DNA from: Candidatus Hydrogenedentota bacterium
GTDB taxonomy: Bacteria; Hydrogenedentota; Hydrogenedentia; Hydrogenedentales; SLHB01
NCBI GenBank assembly: GCA_963745075.1
Contig: CAVUWV010000010.1
Location: 64,001-128,000 of the forward strand
DNA length: 64,000 nucleotides
Direction of reading: 5' to 3'
Shown here: positions 59,141 through 64,000 of the stretch, piece after piece
How positions within the stretch are numbered: position 1 is the first letter of the stretch
How the letters are laid out: every line of letters starts with the position of its first letter
Program-made: the position numbers and the translations under genes
The notes under the pieces: generated by a model
What the model saw: the letters and a program-made list of their open reading frames with translations, nothing else
Databases searched by the model: none
What the model was told of the DNA's origin: nothing

Positions 59141-62100
59141 TCATGGAACCGCGGTCATGCTTACCGGGATTCCGAGAACGTTGCCTCCATTGGACAACAC
59201 GTCGATGGTGGTGTTTACCGTGGCGCCGGTCGCAACGGCGGTGGGATCCACCGTGACAAAGACCGTGTCCACTTCAGTTGTCGTGGATCCGGACGACGCC
59301 ACGATGGATTCGATCCACGCGGGCAATCCGTCTGTCGGGATCTGCCAGTTCATGGTGCTTTGGCCGGTGTTCTGGATGGTGAAGGTCGCCATTTGCGATC
59401 CGCCGGCCTGCGACACGTTGCCGAAGGCCAAATTAGCCGTATCGTTGACGGTAAGTTCCGGGGGCCGGATTTGGATGCGCATCATCACCGGAATGGTGCC
59501 GAAAACGCCCAGTGTTCCGGTGGAATAGCGGATGCTCAACACACTGTTGTATGTGCCCGCGGCGATCGTGCGATCCACCAGCACGACCAGCGTGTCAATC
59601 GAGGTGGTCGTGTTCAACGTACCCTCATCCGGAGTCACACTTCCCACGAAGATCGGAATATCTTCCACGCTCCATTCCAGATAGACCTGGTTAACCGGGC
59701 CGTAGGGATACGTGCCACCGATGTTGCGGACATTTATCGTGGTGTCGTTCGTGCCGGTTCCGAAGTCGATTACCACCGGATCGACGAACGGCGTTGGAAG
59801 CGCGGGCGCCAGGAACGGATCCCCATCCACGTCGATGGCATCCGGAAAGATGAAATACTTCGGCTCGGGATCGCCGGCGTAAATCGTATTGTCGACGTCC
59901 AGGTCTACTGTGAAGGGACCGCCGACCCCAGCGAAGTCCAGACGGACGAGATCGCCGAAGGTACCGTAAGGCAGTACGTCAGCGGGAGTGGGGGCGGACA
60001 GGTTGTACGTGCCAACGCCCAGCGGGGTCAGCGTCCATCCCGAGACCGCGCCGCCCTCGTCCAACGGGACGATGGAGACCGTCGGGGCCGGGCCGGTTGA
60101 ACTCACAGTAAACTCGATCTGGTTGATGTTGCGCGGGGCGTAATCGAGCCGCAACGTCACCTGCGAGGCGCCACCGACGATACCCGGCGTCCGCATCGAG
60201 ATTTGGCCCATGCGGATGTCGCCTACGACGGTCGAGAGATCGACATTTTGTTCGTCCAGTGTCCCCTGAACGATTCCCTGGTCGGGGTTGTCATAGGGAT
60301 TGTCGAGCGCGCCGTCGAAACGAAGCGGCACATTTTCTTCCTCGTTCAGCGACACGTAGCTCAGGACCGTGTGGGAGGCGAGGTCCGTATTGCATTCGTC
60401 CACCTTATCCATGAAGTTTGCGACAACCGGATCGCCGTTCGAGTCCAATTGGCTCAGATAGTAGTGACCGCCGGTTCCGCTGGCAAGGCGCGCCATGGGT
60501 TCGTGGTTCACATCCACGCCCCAACCCAGGGAGAAGATCTGCACCTTGAGCGCGATGAGATAGTCGATGGTGTCCTGGATCTCGCCGGGCGGCGTTGTGA
60601 GGCGCCCGTCCGAGAACATCGCCACCGCCCGGATATCCGCGTCGTCGAAGGGAAGCAGCGGGAAATCCTGTTGCGCCAACTCGTTCCCCGCTTCCTCGAC
60701 AGCGGGTAGAATCGCGGACGCACCATGATCGGTCACGTTGATGTTCTGCAATGCGGCGTGCAAGGTTGCCCGGTCGTCTGTAAAGTCCTGAATCACGGAT
60801 GCCGGCGCATTGCGATCGTGGAACTCCATGATCGCCATTTGAGCGAATCCGCGTTCGACGTTGGCGAACAGATCGAAGAAGTTGTCGATGAACTGCCCCC
60901 CCGTGGTTTCATATAAGGTCTGCACGTCGGTGCCAACGGATGCCGCCGCGTTGGCGACACTTCCCGAGTAGTCGAGCAGCAAGACGACCTTCGTGCGTAA
61001 ATCCATGCGGTAATCGGATAACGGTTCGGTAACGGTGCTGTTCTGAAGCAGGAGAACTTGCGAGGTTTCCGCGGGTTGCTCGATCTGCTCGCCATCTTCG
61101 AAAATCCGGTATGCGCCGGTGAGGAGTTCCGGCGCCATCACGAACGACTGGTCGTGGATGTCGCGCATGAGGAAACTCCAGCGCACCATCGACGGTATGC
61201 GGGTCCGTGCGATTGCGGTGTGGAAGGACAGCGGCGTCGCCTCCACGGAAATCGTCACCTCGGCCGGTTCCACGTCCGGCCGGATGTTGCCCAGCGAATC
61301 CAGCGCGTACACGGTGAACGTGCCGGTGGCCCCGGTGCTTTCCAGAAGGCTGCGGTCGATCGATACGTTGATCGGCTGGAAGTCTTTGATCGGGCTGCTG
61401 GTCCCGATGCTGGTTCCCGTCGACGGACTGTGGAACAGCCAGATCCGATCGCTGACCACGAGGAAGTTCAGTACGGTTCCCGGATCGCCAATGTTGGCGA
61501 CGAAGAATGTTGCGGTATTCCCGGACAATCCGAAGTCCAGGTTGTCCGGCGACACACCGATGACGGGACGGAGCGGCACTTGGATGGTGACATCCAGCGT
61601 GCGGGTTCCGCCGTTCGACGTAACCGGGATATAGGCAACGTAACCGCCGGGCGCCAGTGTCGAACGATCGACGGTGATCGTCAGGTTGGTGAATTGCCCG
61701 TTGATATTGGAACCCGCCACCGGCGCAATAGTCAGCCAGGTCGGGAACGAGTTCGGATCGATGTTCCAATTCAATGTGCCCGTGCCAATATTCTCAATGG
61801 TGAAGCCGTACGTCGTGGCCGTATCGCCAAGGGGGGCCAAGGGCTGCCCGCTGCTGTTGACGAAACCGGTATCGACGCTCAATATGGGCACTTCGGCGAC
61901 TGTCAGGTTGACGGTGACATCCACGTCACCCGCGTTGCTGGTGACCGGGAACGTGAACGTGTGAACGCCCACGGAGAGCCCGGTCCGGTCAACCATGAGA
62001 ATGACGGACTGCGTATCCGTCGTTACGCTACCGTTCGTCGGGACGGGCGATACCACGCTCAACCAACTCGGGAACGTCCCCGTGTTCACACTCCAGTTGA

Positions 62101-63196
62101 CCGTGCCGGTGCCGCCATTGCTCACGATAAAGAGCTTCGTCGTGGCGAATTTTCCGAAGTTCAGCGTCGTCGGCGTAACCACGAGTTGCGCCGGCGCCAC
62201 GGTCAAGTTGGCGGTGACGTTCGCCGATCCGCCGTCCGACGTTATGGCGAGTATCCCCGTATAATCGTCCGGACTCAGCCCGGTCCGGTCCACATCCACG
62301 GTGATAATCTCCGTTTCCGTTGTGGTGGACCCGGAGAGGGGGCTAGCCGTGAGCCATGGGATGGATTCGGCGATATTCCAATTCAATGTTCCGGTCCCGG
62401 TATTGCGGATCGTGAACGTCAATTCGGTCAGATTCGTTCCAAACTCCAAGACGGTGGTTGATACGGACAATTGCGGCGTCGGACCCGGCACGGTCATGGT
62501 CACCGGGACCGTCACGTCGCCGCCGTTGGATGTAAACTCGATGTTGTCGCTGTAGATTCCCGGAGACAAACCGGTCCGGTTCACCGTGACAATGACGGTC
62601 GTCGGCGTCCCGCCGGTGCTGCCTTGAACCGCTGACGTTGAGAGCCAGGGGATGGTTTCTGCAAGCTGCCAGTCAACGGTACCCGTGCCTGCGTTGGCGA
62701 CCGACAAGTTCTCGGACACGTCCGTGTCGCCAAAATCGAGACTGGCAGGGGTGACTTGAAGCGTGGGGGGGAGTGGCGGTGCGGCCACTTGGATCGTCAC
62801 GCTCACGATCCGATTCCCGCCATTCGATGCGATCATGAACTCGCCGTTGTACGTTCCGGGCGACAAACCGGTCCGGTCCACGTTCATCGTGACGGTCGTC
62901 GGGCCGCCCACCGGTGTACTGCCCGAAGTTGGGCTGACCGACAACCAGGAAGGCGTCGGCCCGATGTTCCAGGCCAGCACGCCATCGCCCGCGTTGGAAA
63001 CCGCGAAGGTATCCGTGACCGTGGTCGCGCCAAGGTTAAACGCGGCCGGGTTGACCTGGATCGCGGCGTCTCCCGTCGAATTGGTGCCCGTAGGACAGCC
63101 TGCGGCGCCTAACAGCACTACGGCTGCCAACGCCAGTTGTCCCATCCAGGAACGTGTGGCGCGGGATCCGATAACCTGTTTGAGAGTTCGCTTCAT
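59141..63196 (-). CDS. Large surface lipoprotein: about 6 tandem BACON/Ig-like repeats + VWA + further Ig-like domains
   Basis: Lipobox GAAGC; repeated N-x-G-x-G-x-L-x-W...WL-x-x-x-P-x-x-G...VDRTGL...SNGG; MIDAS LLDYSGS and FSDG. Confidence 0.85.
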   Translation of the reverse strand: MKRTLKQVIGSRATRSWMGQLALAAVVLLGAAGCPTGTNSTGDAAIQVNPAAFNLGATTVTDTFAVSNAGDGVLAWNIGPTPSWLSVSPTSGSTPVGGPTTVTMNVDRTGLSPGTYNGEFMIASNGGNRIVSVTIQVAAPPLPPTLQVTPASLDFGDTDVSENLSVANAGTGTVDWQLAETIPWLSTSAVQGSTGGTPTTVIVTVNRTGLSPGIYSDNIEFTSNGGDVTVPVTMTVPGPTPQLSVSTTVLEFGTNLTELTFTIRNTGTGTLNWNIAESIPWLTASPLSGSTTTETEIITVDVDRTGLSPDDYTGILAITSDGGSANVTANLTVAPAQLVVTPTTLNFGKFATTKLFIVSNGGTGTVNWSVNTGTFPSWLSVVSPVPTNGSVTTDTQSVILMVDRTGLSVGVHTFTFPVTSNAGDVDVTVNLTVAEVPILSVDTGFVNSSGQPLAPLGDTATTYGFTIENIGTGTLNWNIDPNSFPTWLTIAPVAGSNINGQFTNLTITVDRSTLAPGGYVAYIPVTSNGGTRTLDVTIQVPLRPVIGVSPDNLDFGLSGNTATFFVANIGDPGTVLNFLVVSDRIWLFHSPSTGTSIGTSSPIKDFQPINVSIDRSLLESTGATGTFTVYALDSLGNIRPDVEPAEVTISVEATPLSFHTAIARTRIPSMVRWSFLMRDIHDQSFVMAPELLTGAYRIFEDGEQIEQPAETSQVLLLQNSTVTEPLSDYRMDLRTKVVLLLDYSGSVANAAASVGTDVQTLYETTGGQFIDNFFDLFANVERGFAQMAIMEFHDRNAPASVIQDFTDDRATLHAALQNINVTDHGASAILPAVEEAGNELAQQDFPLLPFDDADIRAVAMFSDGRLTTPPGEIQDTIDYLIALKVQIFSLGWGVDVNHEPMARLASGTGGHYYLSQLDSNGDPVVANFMDKVDECNTDLASHTVLSYVSLNEEENVPLRFDGALDNPYDNPDQGIVQGTLDEQNVDLSTVVGDIRMGQISMRTPGIVGGASQVTLRLDYAPRNINQIEFTVSSTGPAPTVSIVPLDEGGAVSGWTLTPLGVGTYNLSAPTPADVLPYGTFGDLVRLDFAGVGGPFTVDLDVDNTIYAGDPEPKYFIFPDAIDVDGDPFLAPALPTPFVDPVVIDFGTGTNDTTINVRNIGGTYPYGPVNQVYLEWSVEDIPIFVGSVTPDEGTLNTTTSIDTLVVLVDRTIAAGTYNSVLSIRYSTGTLGVFGTIPVMMRIQIRPPELTVNDTANLAFGNVSQAGGSQMATFTIQNTGQSTMNWQIPTDGLPAWIESIVASSGSTTTEVDTVFVTVDPTAVATGATVNTTIDVLSNGGNVLGIPVSMTAVP

Positions 63197-63296
63197 GGCT
63201 TACTCCTCGGCGAAAAACGCCGGCCTTCTTCTGTTCGCCGATAGCAGCGGCTCATTCGTATTTCCCCTGGCCGCCGATTTCGGCGGCGTGAATGTC

Positions 63297-64000
63297 TCAT
63301 GGTTCCTTGGGCAACGGTAGCTGACTGACGCCGACCGCTGGGTCGTCAAAGTCCGTTATGCTGTCATCGTCGTAGTCGTAGGCATCGGTCGCGTCGGGAT
63401 CGAACCCGTCTTCAAGCAAGAGTGGTATCACGTCCGTTTGCGTCGTTCCCGTCGTCACTTGGAGCCCCGTCGGGTATTGGAAATACTTCGTGAACGGAGG
63501 ATTCACGTAGACTTGGTTGTCCACGCGGAATGCAATGGTCACGTCACCCGCCAGACCCGAGTAGTTAATTTGGAACAGGTTGCCGAAGTCCCCGTACCGA
63601 AGGGGGGTGGTCTCGGCGGTGAGCGCGGTATAAACGCCGCCGCCTTCGTCGAGCAATACCCAGTCGCTGATGAGTCCGTTCGGGTCGATGGATAGCGTGT
63701 ACGGATCGGTGGACGCCACGCGTATGCGGATTTGACTGATGTTTCTCGGGATGTAGTCCGCCCGAATGTCTACCCGTGCGCTGTTATCCGGCTGGAGCCC
63801 GGTGGTATGCAGCGCAAGTTGACCCGCGCGCACGTCCCCATCGAGGGCGATGACGGCGTCCTTCTGGAAGCTCCCCTCGAGGCCCTGGTAGTTTCCGGAA
63901 ATCAGATAGTTGTGCGATCCGTCCTGGAACAGCGAGATGTACGTCAATACGATCTGGCGTTTCAGCTCTTTCACGATTTTTCCCGGGGCCCCGGCGCCCA
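63297..64000 (-). CDS. C-terminal part of a paralogous VWA-associated surface protein (5' end lies outside the window)
   Basis: GDVRAGQL...DYIPRNISQI...YGDFGNL...VDNQVY...KYF-x-YP aligns with the post-VWA region of 59141-63196. Confidence 0.75.
   Translation of the reverse strand, partial: GAGAPGKIVKELKRQIVLTYISLFQDGSHNYLISGNYQGLEGSFQKDAVIALDGDVRAGQLALHTTGLQPDNSARVDIRADYIPRNISQIRIRVASTDPYTLSIDPNGLISDWVLLDEGGGVYTALTAETTPLRYGDFGNLFQINYSGLAGDVTIAFRVDNQVYVNPPFTKYFQYPTGLQVTTGTTQTDVIPLLLEDGFDPDATDAYDYDDDSITDFDDPAVGVSQLPLPKEP

Overview
GC-rich bacterial chromosomal segment. The gene content (GCP-type lipoproteins, several UroD-like paralogs, PVC-style intergenic repeats) suggests Hydrogenedentota or a PVC-like lineage, but this is inference only. 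1-13.2 kb: a translationally coupled moxR-DUF58-bat operon that runs on into glnD and a DegQ/HtrA protease. 13.3-18.6 kb: DUF2752, REC-PAS-GGDEF, AEC transporter, cheX, and a GmhA-like plus DHS-fold pair. 18.9-28.8 kb: an accessory zone with a Ski2/Hel308-like helicase fused to a winged-helix domain (consensus sigma70 promoter with a palindromic operator), a RAYT transposase flanked by inverted REP doublets, two paralogous lipoproteins, a pseudogene, a GH36 enzyme and hicBA. 29-34.5 kb: thiC, rhodanese and a methyltransferase/FAD-oxidoreductase/type III PKS cluster. 34.9-38.6 kb: PadR plus three tandem membrane proteins with a constant N-terminus and variable membrane part. 39.4-40.2 kb: a sigma54-driven receiver gene flanked by periodic G5-6A stem-loops. 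40.5-47.6 kb: a corrinoid methyl-transfer cluster (3 UroD/MtaA-like genes, corrinoid protein, MetH activation domain, homocysteine methyltransferase, MtaB) with no pterin-binding module. This is the best candidate for an undescribed system, a methanol-fed split methionine synthase. 48-58.8 kb: rnfB-PFOR-rnfCDGEA. 59-64 kb: tandem Ig/BACON-VWA lipoproteins. About a dozen single-base frameshifts in conserved genes probably reflect long-read errors.
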